Shown: in pieces, positions 40,685 through 50,931 of the stretch | Position numbering within the stretch: position 1 is the stretch's first letter | How the letters are laid out: every line of letters begins with the position of its first letter | NCBI GenBank assembly: GCA_963841435.1 | Contig: CAWJCS010000005.1 | Span: 1,600,001 to 1,664,000 of the forward strand | Length of the DNA stretch: 64,000 bases | Reading direction: 5' to 3' | DNA from: an uncultured delta proteobacterium | GTDB lineage: Bacteria > Myxococcota_A > Polyangia > Polyangiales > Polyangiaceae | Position numbers and translations under genes: made by a program | The notes under the pieces: model-generated | Databases searched by the model: none | The model's input: the letters and a program-made list of their open reading frames with translations, nothing else | What the model was told of the DNA's origin: nothing

Positions 40685-41530
40685 ATGGAGAGGGCCCGAC
40701 GACAATCGGACCACGCGCTGCGTCGTGGACCCTCGCCCGTGCCGCCAGAGCCGGACGAAGGGGCCCTCGAGCTTTCGGACGTCCCCGCGGCGGTCGTCTG
40801 CGCGTTCTGCGGCCAGCCCGATTGCGCCGGTTGCCTACCGGTCGATGAGCCCACGAATGCCTCGGGCGTCATCGCCATTCTGCCGTGGGAGCGCGCCGGC
40901 GTCGGGTGGCCGTCCCGGCTGTGGTCCACCGCGCGGCTCATGACGCTGTCGCACCGCGACGTGTGCTCCGCGCTGCCCGAGGGTGACCTGGTGGCCGCGT
41001 TCAGGTTCGCCGTGCTCGCCGAGATCATCGCCGCTTCGGGCCTTGCGCTCTGCCTCGCTGCACTCGGTTTTCTCGCTCCCGACATCGTGCGCGCCGTGCT
41101 CGCCGACCCCGAGCTCAGGGCCACGGCTTTCAGGGCGTTCGCCCTGGGCTTGCCCTCCGTGGCCGCCGTGATGGTGGTGCTTCACGCCGTGCACGGGCTC
41201 GTCCTCGATCGCGCGGCGCGCGCGGCGGGCTCTTCGAGGCGGGGTCGGGGCCTGCGCTTCGGCCTGTACGCGTGCGGGTGGGATCTGGTGACCCTGCCGC
41301 TCGGGCTGCTCCTTTTGCTGGTTTCCGACGGCGCTGATGCGGCGCGGCGCGCGGCGGGCCTGGCCGTTTCGGTGCCGAACCGCGCCGCGCGCGCCTACCT
41401 CGGCGGCGTGCACGGGCTCGACCCCGAGCGCACGGCGAGTGCCGCCCGCACGGCCAACCTGTGGACCGGCGTCGCCGGGCTCGGCCTGCTCGCGGCGGCC
41501 GCGATCGCGGTGGTTCTCTCGTTCCGCTGA
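40685..41530 (+). CDS. Hypothetical membrane protein with Cys4 motif
   Basis: CAFCGQPDCAGC, LPWER and several TM segments. Confidence 0.72.
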   Translation: MERARRQSDHALRRGPSPVPPEPDEGALELSDVPAAVVCAFCGQPDCAGCLPVDEPTNASGVIAILPWERAGVGWPSRLWSTARLMTLSHRDVCSALPEGDLVAAFRFAVLAEIIAASGLALCLAALGFLAPDIVRAVLADPELRATAFRAFALGLPSVAAVMVVLHAVHGLVLDRAARAAGSSRRGRGLRFGLYACGWDLVTLPLGLLLLLVSDGADAARRAAGLAVSVPNRAARAYLGGVHGLDPERTASAARTANLWTGVAGLGLLAAAAIAVVLSFR

Positions 41531-41540
41531 GCCGCCGGCT

Positions 41541-42689
41541 TCAGAACATCGCGCCGAGCTCGAGCACGAACGCGTATTGCTTGGACTCGCCCGTGAGCGT
41601 GGCCTTGTCCTCCGCGTTCGGCTGCGCGCTCGAGGGGGGCATCATGTCCATCATGAGCTGGCCACCCACCATCACCATCTCGTAACGGTAATTCACGCCG
41701 CCGATGAGCCGGTGGCGGCGGAGGCGCACCGGGTCGAACACGGTGTTGTTGTTGAAGTCGAACGGTTGCCCACCGTTGCACACGGGCCCGCCGTCGTACA
41801 CGAGGTCGCCCTGGCCGTTCATGCCGCTCGTCTTGTTCACGTCAGGATTGCCGGGGACGGCATTGCCGGAATAGTTGCAGGCCTGGATGGCGTCGGTGCC
41901 GGGCGTCAGATCGATGAGCCCCGAGTCACCGAAGATGAAAAGGTACTGGTAGCCGACCCACGGCGTGATGACCGACGAGCTCGCGATGGGAAACGGCTTC
42001 GAGATCTGGGCGTCGAGGCCCATCACCGTGAGCTGGAACTGGGATGTGCCCGTGATGGTGCGGACCCCCGCGCCGACCGCGATGTCCGGCAGGATGCCCG
42101 GGATGCCCGTGCGGAAGCCCTCGAGCAGTGAAATCCGCGTGTCGGCGCCACCCGTGACGATGCTCGTGAGGGGCATGAAACCGACGGCGGCCGTGAGCTC
42201 GAGCCCGAAGCCGAAGCTTTTGCGAAACTTCAGCGAATAGACCTGGAGCAGACCCGGCGGATTCGTGTTCACGCTCGACGCTTCGTTCGTGATCGGATTG
42301 CGCGTGCCCTGCGTGCCCTCGCGCCAGTAGTAGCGCTCGTCGCTGATGGAGGAGTACGCGGCCTCGATGGAGAGGTGGAAGCCGCCGAAGCCCGTCGTGC
42401 GCGCCGAGTGCATCGCCGTCGGCGCGAGCGCGAAGCCGTATTGGCTGATGAGCTTGGTGAACGCGGCGTCGTCGGGCGAGCAGGGGGTCGTGCGACCGTC
42501 GATGATGCCGGGTGGCGTGGGCGTGTACTCGCCGAAGGTGCCGGGGCTCGCGGCGCCGGCCCCGCCGTGGCAGCGCGGATCCGTGACTAGCCGCTCGAGC
42601 GCTGGGTCGAGCGGGTCAGCATGGGCGTCTACGCCCGCCCCGAGGACGACGACGCCCAGTACGAAGGCTGTGGCGAGGCGGGCGATCAT
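41541..42689 (-). CDS. Probable outer-membrane beta-barrel protein
   Basis: Signal peptide; alternating beta strands; C-terminal beta-signal YAFVLELGAMF; start is 42689 or 42707. Confidence 0.72.
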   Translation of the reverse strand: MIARLATAFVLGVVVLGAGVDAHADPLDPALERLVTDPRCHGGAGAASPGTFGEYTPTPPGIIDGRTTPCSPDDAAFTKLISQYGFALAPTAMHSARTTGFGGFHLSIEAAYSSISDERYYWREGTQGTRNPITNEASSVNTNPPGLLQVYSLKFRKSFGFGLELTAAVGFMPLTSIVTGGADTRISLLEGFRTGIPGILPDIAVGAGVRTITGTSQFQLTVMGLDAQISKPFPIASSSVITPWVGYQYLFIFGDSGLIDLTPGTDAIQACNYSGNAVPGNPDVNKTSGMNGQGDLVYDGGPVCNGGQPFDFNNNTVFDPVRLRRHRLIGGVNYRYEMVMVGGQLMMDMMPPSSAQPNAEDKATLTGESKQYAFVLELGAMF

Positions 42690-42836
42690 CGAGCGCGGCT
42701 CCGGCACCGAGCGGCGAGGCTACTAACCGGCCGGGATCCGCGTCAAGCGCGCGGAAAGCAACGCCGTCCCCGGAGCCCCGGGACGGCGCGGACCTCGGCG
42801 GTGCTACGCTCGGGCTCCCGCGAGGCAGCGAGAGCG

Positions 42837-43259
42837 ATGACGGGCATCGATCGTGGCGCGTTCCTCAAGCTCGGCCTGGGGCTCACGGCCGCCCTCGCGG
42901 GATGTGGCTCGGGCGACGACGCCTCCTCGCCCGGCGGGGGCCGGGGTGGCGCCGGTGGCAGCGGCGGGGCCGGGGCGGGCGGCGGCGGCAGCGGGGTGAC
43001 GGCTTGCACCACCGACGCCGCGCTCACCCAGACCAGCAACAACACGCACGATCATCTGCCGCTCACCCGTCCCATCACGGCGGCGGACCTCAACATGAAC
43101 CTGCCCACCGAGTACGCGCTGCCGAACGAGTCGGGGCACATCCACACGCTGACCTTCACCGCGCAAGACTTCGCGGCGCTACGGGCCGGGACGACGATCT
43201 CGAAGACCTCGAGCGTGGACCAGGGTCACTCCCACGCGTACGACATCCGCTGCGTGTAG
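42837..43259 (+). CDS. Small Tat-like lipoprotein with three HxH motifs
   Basis: IDRGAFLK, lipobox LAGC, Gly linker, THDH/GHIH/GHSH and a terminal Cys. Confidence 0.75.
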   Translation: MTGIDRGAFLKLGLGLTAALAGCGSGDDASSPGGGRGGAGGSGGAGAGGGGSGVTACTTDAALTQTSNNTHDHLPLTRPITAADLNMNLPTEYALPNESGHIHTLTFTAQDFAALRAGTTISKTSSVDQGHSHAYDIRCV

Positions 43260-43835
43260 ATGCCGCCCGTCGCCGAGCACCACGAGCGCCTCAGAGCGCC
43301 GGCCCCCACGCGGCCGTTCCACGTCGTGCTCGTCGAGCCCGAGATCCCGCCGAACACGGGCAACGTGGCCCGGCTCTGCGCGGGCACCGGCTCCACGCTG
43401 CACCTCGTCGGCAAGCTCGGCTTCCGCATCGACGAGCACGCCGTGCGCCGCGCGGGACTCGACTACTGGCACCTCGTCGACGTTCGAACGCACGAGACAC
43501 TCGCCGCCGCGGAGCGCGTCATCGAGCAAGCAGCGCGAAGCACCGCGGCGGCGCCCCCGCGCGCCGAACCCGCCGCCCCGCCGCGTTTGTGGCTCTTCAG
43601 CGGCCGTGCGTCGAAGAGCTACCTCGACGTGCCCTTTGCGCCCGGCGATGCGTTCGTCTTCGGCAAGGAGAGTGTCGGCTTGCCCGACGCGCTGCTCGAG
43701 GAGCGTGCAGAAGCCGTGCTCGGGATTCCGCTGCTCGGTCCGGTGCGCTCACACAACCTCGCAAACTCGGTGTCGATCGTCGTCTACGAAGCGTTGCGGC
43801 AGACCGGGCAGCTCGTGAGAGCGCGGCTCGAGTAG
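43260..43835 (+). CDS. trmL: tRNA (cytidine/uridine-34-2'-O)-methyltransferase
   Basis: PEIPPNTGN, RRAGLDYW, FGKESVGLP and RSHNLAN motifs. Confidence 0.94.
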   Translation: MPPVAEHHERLRAPAPTRPFHVVLVEPEIPPNTGNVARLCAGTGSTLHLVGKLGFRIDEHAVRRAGLDYWHLVDVRTHETLAAAERVIEQAARSTAAAPPRAEPAAPPRLWLFSGRASKSYLDVPFAPGDAFVFGKESVGLPDALLEERAEAVLGIPLLGPVRSHNLANSVSIVVYEALRQTGQLVRARLE

Positions 43836-43900
43836 GCAGCGTGGACCGAGGCCGCGCGCCCGCTGGCGGGGCGTCGTACGGGCCGAGCGCCGTCGGGCAT

Positions 43901-45715
43901 TCAGCGAACGGTGACGGTTGGGACGGCCGCCCGAAAATCGGCGTGGACGCTGCGCTGCGCGCCGGCCGCTAGCGTCACCTGGCTCGTGACGGGCGACCCG
44001 TACGTCTCGCTCCGGAAGCTCACGCGGTAGGTCCCCGGCACGAGCGGCAGCGCGCGCAACGGTGTGGGGCTCGTCTGCGTGAAGCCGCCGCCCTCCACGC
44101 TGACGATCGCGGGTGGGTCCGCCGTGATCTTGAGCGTGGCGCTCCGGACCTCCGCGGGCGCGACGGTCGTGGTCGCGCTCGGCGTGGGTCGCTCGGGCAA
44201 GGGGGCCGAGGGCCCCGAGCCCTGCTGAAGGCCCGACTTTTCCGGGTTCCGACCGGTCGGGGCGGGCTCCGGAGTCGCCTCGGGGGCGGCGGGCTCGGCA
44301 GCGGGCAGGGGGTGGTCCGAGGCCGCGGGGGAGTCAGGGGCCGTCGCCGGCGCCGTGGCGCCCTGTGGGGGCACGCCGCTCGCGGGGGGGGGCGTTGCGC
44401 GCCTGGCGAGCGTCGCACCGAGCACCGCCGCGGCGACGACGCCGAGGCCGAGCGGCACCGGACCGACGCGGAAGCGCCGTCCGCCCCGCGGGGCTACCGA
44501 CCGGGCGCCGGGAGCCGCGGACGGCGGACGGCTCGAGAGGCGGCGCGTGTGGTCGCCGGCGCGCTCGCCGCCCGTCGCGATGTCGTTGGAGGTCGAGCGG
44601 ACCCGGGCGCCGCTCCCGAGGGTCGGCGAGCTGCTCGGCGCGGAAGGCGAGCTACTCGGCGTGGACCCGGGCGGAACGCTGCTGAGCCTGCGTGTCCACT
44701 CGACCATCTCGTCGCGCGCGGCAAACGTCCTCGTGGCGGTGGTCGAGCCGGTCGGCGTCACGAGCGGCGGTGTGGAGTCGCGAACCGACGCGGCCTCGAC
44801 GCCGTCGCCGTCGGGCACCGGGCTTGCGCGCGGGCGCAGTCGGTCCCTGACGCGGCGCACCCTCGCGCCGAGCCGCCGCGCGATTTCTCCGCTGTCGGCG
44901 CTGCGCGCGAAATCACGCAGGCCTCGACCGAGCTCTTCGGCGCCTGCGGGTCGCCGGGCGACGTCGAGCGCGACCGAGCGGGAAATGAGCTCGTCGAGCG
45001 GCGCGAGCCCGGGCACGCTTTCGCCGAGCGCCGGGGGAGGCACGGTGAGAGCCTTGGCGCTCGCTTCGGCCGTGCCGCGGCGAAACGGTGCGAGGCCCGT
45101 CCAGGTCTCGATGAGCAGCGCCGCCACCGCGAACACGTCCGCGGCCGGCGTGAGGGGCTCACCGCGCAGCTGCTCGGGCGGCATGTGCCCCGGCGATCCG
45201 AACACCTCTCGGGTGCGCCCCGTGCCGGGATCGGCGGGCGCCGCGATGCCGAAGTCGATGAGCCTGACGGCGCCCTCGTCGTCGAGCAGCACGTTGCGGG
45301 GTGTTACGTCGCGGTGGACGATGCCGGCGCGCCGGTGCGCGTAGTCGAGCGCGCGGCACACCTCCGCGCCGACGACGGCTCCCTCCTCCGGGTCGAGCGG
45401 CCCCGTGTGCGACAGCACCTCCGAGAGCGTAACGCCCGGGCAGTGCTCCATCGCGATGTAATAGATGCCCTGCTCGACGCCGAGCTCGTAGACGGGCACG
45501 ATATTGGGATGGTTGAGCTCGACGGCCGTCTTCGCTTCCTCGACGAAGCGGCGCACGAAGGCCGCGTCGACGGCGAGCTCCGGGCGGATCTGCTTGACGA
45601 CGAGACGCTTTTCGAAACCGACGGCCCCGCGTAGCGTGGCGAGATACACGCGCGCCATGCCACCCGCCGCGATCTCGCGTTCGAGCACGTACTTCCCGAA
45701 GATCTGCGGGAACAT
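43901..45715 (-). CDS. Membrane Ser/Thr protein kinase
   Basis: GGMARVY, VVK, HRDVTPRN and DFG motifs; TM segment; PEGA-like C-terminus. Confidence 0.93.
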   Translation of the reverse strand: MFPQIFGKYVLEREIAAGGMARVYLATLRGAVGFEKRLVVKQIRPELAVDAAFVRRFVEEAKTAVELNHPNIVPVYELGVEQGIYYIAMEHCPGVTLSEVLSHTGPLDPEEGAVVGAEVCRALDYAHRRAGIVHRDVTPRNVLLDDEGAVRLIDFGIAAPADPGTGRTREVFGSPGHMPPEQLRGEPLTPAADVFAVAALLIETWTGLAPFRRGTAEASAKALTVPPPALGESVPGLAPLDELISRSVALDVARRPAGAEELGRGLRDFARSADSGEIARRLGARVRRVRDRLRPRASPVPDGDGVEAASVRDSTPPLVTPTGSTTATRTFAARDEMVEWTRRLSSVPPGSTPSSSPSAPSSSPTLGSGARVRSTSNDIATGGERAGDHTRRLSSRPPSAAPGARSVAPRGGRRFRVGPVPLGLGVVAAAVLGATLARRATPPPASGVPPQGATAPATAPDSPAASDHPLPAAEPAAPEATPEPAPTGRNPEKSGLQQGSGPSAPLPERPTPSATTTVAPAEVRSATLKITADPPAIVSVEGGGFTQTSPTPLRALPLVPGTYRVSFRSETYGSPVTSQVTLAAGAQRSVHADFRAAVPTVTVR

Positions 45716-45726
45716 CGCGGTTCACC

Positions 45727-47687
45727 ATGGTAGCGCGTTCCTCGCCCTGTCGCTTTTTATCGGATGTGGGGAAAGGGACGCACGGGTCACGACCGTCGGC
45801 GTGGCGGCACACCAGCTTCCGGGCTGTCCGCTGCCGAACGAAGGCGCGGACTTCACGCTCGAGCTCACGGCGCTCGGGGCGTTCCGCGCGAGCCAAAAGG
45901 ACATGAGCACCGTCGCGCTCGACCGCGACGGCGAGGCGCTCGAGTTCTCGCCCGAAACGCTCGGCGTCGAGGCCGCCGCCGACGATGGAGCAAGCCGTTT
46001 TATCGGCTATACAGAGCGCCGCACGTCTCGCGGCATCGACGTTTCTCTCTGGCCGGAGCGCCGCTCGTGCCCGCTCTTCGCATCCGACGACGACGACTAC
46101 CCCGGTGACGGTGGCGGACAGGCCCTCGCCTGGGCGCGCGAGCTCGGCGTCGCGATGATCGCCGGAGAAGACGCGGACGACGGCCGCGCCCAGAACGCGC
46201 TGACTTTCGAGCTCGATACGGGGGCGGTGCATCTGCACCCAGGCCCGCTGTCGACGGCGCATGCGACGCTCACGCCCTTCGCCGACGGCTTCTTGCTCGC
46301 GGGTGGCGAGGACCCCCACACGGGCAACGACGCCCGCGACCGGGTGCGCTCGCGGAGCGCCTTCGTCTTCCATGTGGACGCGCGTGAGTTCGACGCGTCG
46401 CCGATCCGGCTCTTGTGGGACCGGACCCGCCATGCGGCGCTCCGGCTCGCGAATGGGGCCACGCTGCTCGTCGGGGGCGTCACGAGCGCCGGCCTCGTGC
46501 GCGACCTCGAAGCCGTTTTCCCGGGCAGCGACATGTCGAGCTTCGTCGGGCTCGCCGCGCTCGACCTCGGGCGAGTCGACCCGGTCGCCCTGGCCCTCGA
46601 CGACGGCCGCATCGTCGTCGCAGGCGGGCGCTCCGAGCTCGACGAGCCGGTCAGCGAGGTCGAGTGGCTGTCGTCGGATGCCTCGCAGCACCTCGCGCGC
46701 GTCGCGTTGCCGGCCAGGCCGGACCGGGCGTTCGTGGCCACGCCGGGCGGCGGCGTGCTCAGCGTCGCCGGGTGCGCGAGCGAAGGGACGTGCACGAGCG
46801 GCGAGGCCAGCTGGATCGCGAGCGACTACGTCGTGAGCCAGGTCGAGCTCGAGCCGAGCACCAGCTGTCCGATTGGCGAGCACCCGCTGCTCGTCGCCGG
46901 TGCCGACGAAGCGCCGCTGCTCGCCTTCGTCTACCGCGACCTGCATGCCTGCACCTGGCGGTTCGAGCCGTGGCCCGGCGACGACGCCGAGCCCGCGCCG
47001 GGCGACGATCCGGGCCCGGAGGCCCACCCGCGCTTCGTGCCGGATTCGCTCACGCTCGATCCGTTGCCCGACCCCCGTGTGCGTCCACTCGCGCTCGGTC
47101 CTTCCGCGCTTTTCTGGGTTGCCGGGCGCACGGCGGGGCAGCGTGTCGGCGCGCTGCGGCTCGCGAGCCGCGGAGCGCTGTCGCGCGAAATCTCGCCGTT
47201 GCTCGGAGCGGACGCGAGCTCGGGTCGCTTCCACCCCGCTCACCTCCTGCCCGATCGCCCCCTCGATCCGGCGCTGCCCCACGCGTTCGATCGCGATCCC
47301 GTCGGAGGCGGCGGCGGTCTGTCGCTGTTCGCGCGCGACGCCGGGGTCACGTTCTGGGTCTCGAACACACTCTACGACGACATGACGTTGACCCTGGAGC
47401 TCGCATCAATCACCCCTGGGGGGGATGATCCACGGGCCGCACCGCCGCTCGTTCTGCTCGACGACACGGCGCTCGGCGGTCTCGGCTGCCCCTGGCCGCT
47501 GCCCGATGGCAACGACGACCCTCTGCCGCTCGCCACCGTGAGCGTCGTGCGTCGTGGCACGAAAGTCACGCTCGCGAATGCGGGAAAGCACCTCGAGTGC
47601 AGCGTGGGGCCAGGCCCCCTGCGACTCGGCGTGCGGCGAGGCGGAGGGGACGCGACGCTCGTCGCGCTCGACGTTGACCGCGATTGA
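45727..47687 (+). CDS. Secreted kelch/beta-propeller lipoprotein (start codon unresolved)
   Basis: Kelch-like blades (FLLAGG, RTRHAALRLANGATLLVGG, LDDGRIVVAGG); lipobox-like LFIGC. The nearest ATG (45727) is out of frame, which suggests an indel. Confidence 0.65.
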
Positions 47688-47736
47688 CGGTGCTGCGTGG
47701 GTCGCAGATCGCCGCCATGCCCGCGCGCCTCGTCTC

Positions 47737-49434
47737 TCAGCGCTTGAACAGGCGACCGAGCAGGCCGCCCTTTTCTGATGTGGAATCCTGCTTGGGGCGG
47801 CCCGGCTCGCTCGACCGCCCGACGGGGGGGTCGCTCTTCGCGCGACCACCGGTGCGCTGCATGTCGTAGAGGCGGATCTCGCGCTGTGCGTCGACGTTGC
47901 GCGGATCCTGATCGACGATGTACCGGAAGTCCTCGAGCGCGCGCCGCGCGCGGCCGAGGCGCTTGAGCAGCTGTCCGCGGAACCAACGCACGCGCAAGTT
48001 CGCCTGCTCGAGACGGGCCGCGCGGTCGAGCTCCTTGAGCAGGTGTTCGACGTCCGCATTCGGCTTGTTCGACTCGAGCCACGCTACCATGGCGATGTGA
48101 TCGGCTTGATCGGGCGCGTCGGTGAGGGCGGCGCGCGCGGCCTCCTCGGCCCCCGCGAGGTTGTTGCGCTTGAGCAGCACCTGCGCCTTCTGGAAGTTGG
48201 TGGCGGCGCGCACGATCTTCTGGACCTCTTCCTGCTCCTCGGCGGCGCCCTCACCGTGGCTCAGCAGCTCGTCGTATTGCCGGCGCCGCTCTGGGTCGGC
48301 GAGCACCTGATGCGCCTCGCTCATCCGCGCGAAGATCTTGGTCGCGAGCTCGCGCACGTCGGCGTACTCGGGGCCGAGCCTGTCGGGATGCCAGCGCTTG
48401 GCGAGCTGGAAATACGCCGCCGCGATCGAGGGGGGAGCGGCCTCGGGTGGGACGCCGAGAAGGTCGTAGTACGAGGCCTGGGTCGCCTCTGCGCGGGCCC
48501 GGAGGTCGCGCCGGAAGTCGTTGTCCACGGGCGCGGCGGGCTCGAGAGCTTGCGGCGGGTCCGCCGACGCGCCGCCCGGCGCGAGCACGGCTGCGCTGCG
48601 TCCGCCCGTGGCGCGCGGATCGGCGGCAAAAGGGCGTGCGCCCGTGGTGCGTGCGTCCGGGAGCGCGCTCGGTCGTTGCTCGGCGCCCACGGGCCGGGCG
48701 CCGCTTCCGATATCGAAGTAGCGAAGCGCGACGAACAGGTAGACGAGCTGTTCGGCGCGCCCCGAATCGACGAGGTCTCTCGCGACGAGCTCGGCGAGGG
48801 CCTGAGGCTTGGCGGCGAGCACCTCGACGAAAGCCCGCTCGTCAGCGTCGAAATCGAAGCCGGACAGCGGCGCATCGGCCTGGAAGTGAAGAGGCGTCGA
48901 ACCGAGCTTGGCGAGCATCTCTGCGATGCGATCCGCGGGCGGTGAGCACTTGAGCGCGCGCCACGCGAGCGCGAGCGGCGAGCACGGCGCCTCGGGGCCG
49001 CCGGCGTTCGCGAGGAACGTCGCGCCGTCGTAATAGCCATAGCGGGTGTCGCCGGGGAGCATCGCGAGGGACTCGACACGACGCGCGACCTGCTCCTCGA
49101 GCAGCTCGCCGAGCTGCTCGGGCGTCACCGCGCCCCACTCGAGGAGCACTTCGCCGAGGCGGCGCCCACCGTGACGCGCAAGCTCGATGGCAGGTCCGAG
49201 CCGCTCGCTCGTGAGGAGCCCTCGCTCGATGGTGAGCTCCCCGAGCGGCGCGACCGGGGTGGCCGTGCGCGCGGCGGTGGGCGCCCCCCGCAGCAGCTGC
49301 ACGGCGTGCTTCTCGCGCGTCGCCTGCTCGAGCACCAAAGACCCCGTCAGGTGCCGGTCGAGGGCATACACCAAGAGGTGGGCGAAGGGCGTTGAGGCGA
49401 GCGTTCCGCTGGCAGTGGGCGCTGTTTGGCTCAT
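47737..49434 (-). CDS. DUF4388-like + DnaJ (J-domain) + TPR protein
   Basis: SGTLASTPFAHLL...LTGSL N-terminus; YYDLLGV...WHPD J-domain; C-terminal TPR repeats. Confidence 0.88.
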   Translation of the reverse strand: MSQTAPTASGTLASTPFAHLLVYALDRHLTGSLVLEQATREKHAVQLLRGAPTAARTATPVAPLGELTIERGLLTSERLGPAIELARHGGRRLGEVLLEWGAVTPEQLGELLEEQVARRVESLAMLPGDTRYGYYDGATFLANAGGPEAPCSPLALAWRALKCSPPADRIAEMLAKLGSTPLHFQADAPLSGFDFDADERAFVEVLAAKPQALAELVARDLVDSGRAEQLVYLFVALRYFDIGSGARPVGAEQRPSALPDARTTGARPFAADPRATGGRSAAVLAPGGASADPPQALEPAAPVDNDFRRDLRARAEATQASYYDLLGVPPEAAPPSIAAAYFQLAKRWHPDRLGPEYADVRELATKIFARMSEAHQVLADPERRRQYDELLSHGEGAAEEQEEVQKIVRAATNFQKAQVLLKRNNLAGAEEAARAALTDAPDQADHIAMVAWLESNKPNADVEHLLKELDRAARLEQANLRVRWFRGQLLKRLGRARRALEDFRYIVDQDPRNVDAQREIRLYDMQRTGGRAKSDPPVGRSSEPGRPKQDSTSEKGGLLGRLFKR

Positions 49435-49506
49435 GAGGCCCCCGGGGCCTGACTCGACGGGAAGCGGAGCTTGGCTCGGACGGGCAGGATTGGCTAGCCT
49501 TTTTGC

Positions 49507-50883
49507 ATGCCGCGCGCGAACGTGCTCGTCGTCGACGACGAGCCGTCGATTCTGGGAACACTGAAAAAGGCGCTCAGCCTGGAGGGTTACTCGGTCGACG
49601 TGGCGGGAGGCGTCCGTGTCGCCGAGGAGCGGCTTGCAAAAAAGGACTACGATCTCGTGTTGCTCGATCTCGGGCTGCCCGACGGCGACGGGCTCGAGCT
49701 GCTCGAGCGCCTCACCGGGCGCGGCACCGAGGCTCAGGTGATCATGATGAGCGGCCACGGCACCATCGACGTCGCCGTGCGCGCCGTGCGTCTGGGTGCC
49801 CTCGACTTTCTGGAAAAGCCGCTCTCGACGGATCACCTGCTCGTGATGCTCGAGAACGCGCTCAGGCTGAAGCGCATCGAGCGGGAGGCCGCCGAGCTGC
49901 ACGCGGAGGCCGGCCACTTCGACGAGCTCTTGGGCTCGAGCCCGGCGATGGTCGAGCTGCGCGACAAGGTGCTGCGCGCCGCACGCTCGAGCGCGAGTGT
50001 GCTCATCACGGGCGAGCGCGGTACCGGCAAGGAGCTCGTGGCGCGGGCGCTGCACCGCGCCTCGTCGCGCGCCAAGGCAACCCTGGAACGGCTCAATTGC
50101 GCTGCCGTTCCCGCCGAGCTCATCGAAAGCGAGCTGTTCGGCCACGAGGCGGGCGCATTCACGGGCGCCACCAAGCAGCGCGCCGGCAAGTTCGAGCGCG
50201 CCGACGGAGGCACGCTCTTCCTGGACGAGGTGGGCGACATGGCGCCCGGCATGCAGGCGAAGCTGCTGCGCGTGCTCGAGGAGCGCGAGATCGAGCGCGT
50301 TGGCGGCAGCGAAACGTTGAAGATCGACGTGCGCGTCGTCGCCGCCACCAACCGTGACCTCCGCGAGGCGATCCAGAGCGGCGCCTTCCGCGCCGACCTG
50401 TTCGATCGGCTCAACGTCCTGCCGCTCGAGCTGCCGCCGCTGCGCGCGCGGCGCGGCGACGTGCCCGAGCTCGTGCAGCATTTCCTCGACATCGCGCGGC
50501 GCACCAACGCGCGCCCGGGGCTCACGCTCGACGACGAGGCGATCGCCGCGCTCGCGAGCCACCCCTTTCCCGGCAACGTGCGCGAGCTCAGAAACCTCGT
50601 CGAACGTTTCGTGATCCTGAGCCCCGACGACCGCGTCGGGCGGGCCTTGGTCGAGCGCGCGCTGGGGCTCGCCTTGCCGCGTGTCGACGCCGGTTTGTAC
50701 CGTGACGGGGTCCCCTTCAGGGTGCTCTCCGAAGACGCCGAGCGCACCATCTTGCGCGAGGCCCTCGAAGCCCACGGCGGCCAGATGGCGGCGACGGCCC
50801 GCGCCCTCGGCCTCGAGCGCAGCCACCTCTACAAGAAGACGCGCGCGCTCGGTCTTCGCGGCGAAAAAGACGGCGACGAGTAG
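49507..50883 (+). CDS. Sigma54-dependent response regulator (NtrC family)
   Basis: Receiver domain (VVDDE, LLD, KP), GERGTGKE, GAFTGA, FPGNVREL and Fis-type HTH. Confidence 0.97.
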   Translation: MPRANVLVVDDEPSILGTLKKALSLEGYSVDVAGGVRVAEERLAKKDYDLVLLDLGLPDGDGLELLERLTGRGTEAQVIMMSGHGTIDVAVRAVRLGALDFLEKPLSTDHLLVMLENALRLKRIEREAAELHAEAGHFDELLGSSPAMVELRDKVLRAARSSASVLITGERGTGKELVARALHRASSRAKATLERLNCAAVPAELIESELFGHEAGAFTGATKQRAGKFERADGGTLFLDEVGDMAPGMQAKLLRVLEEREIERVGGSETLKIDVRVVAATNRDLREAIQSGAFRADLFDRLNVLPLELPPLRARRGDVPELVQHFLDIARRTNARPGLTLDDEAIAALASHPFPGNVRELRNLVERFVILSPDDRVGRALVERALGLALPRVDAGLYRDGVPFRVLSEDAERTILREALEAHGGQMAATARALGLERSHLYKKTRALGLRGEKDGDE

Positions 50884-50931
50884 CCGCGCGCCCGCGTGCG
50901 GCGTTTCTTCAGAGCACCGGTGCGCGCGCCG

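Noticed and set aside
47737-50826. 1029-aa ORF as a single fusion protein
   Set aside because: The first ~460 codons are the antisense shadow of the NtrC-type gene; the real gene starts at ATG 49434.
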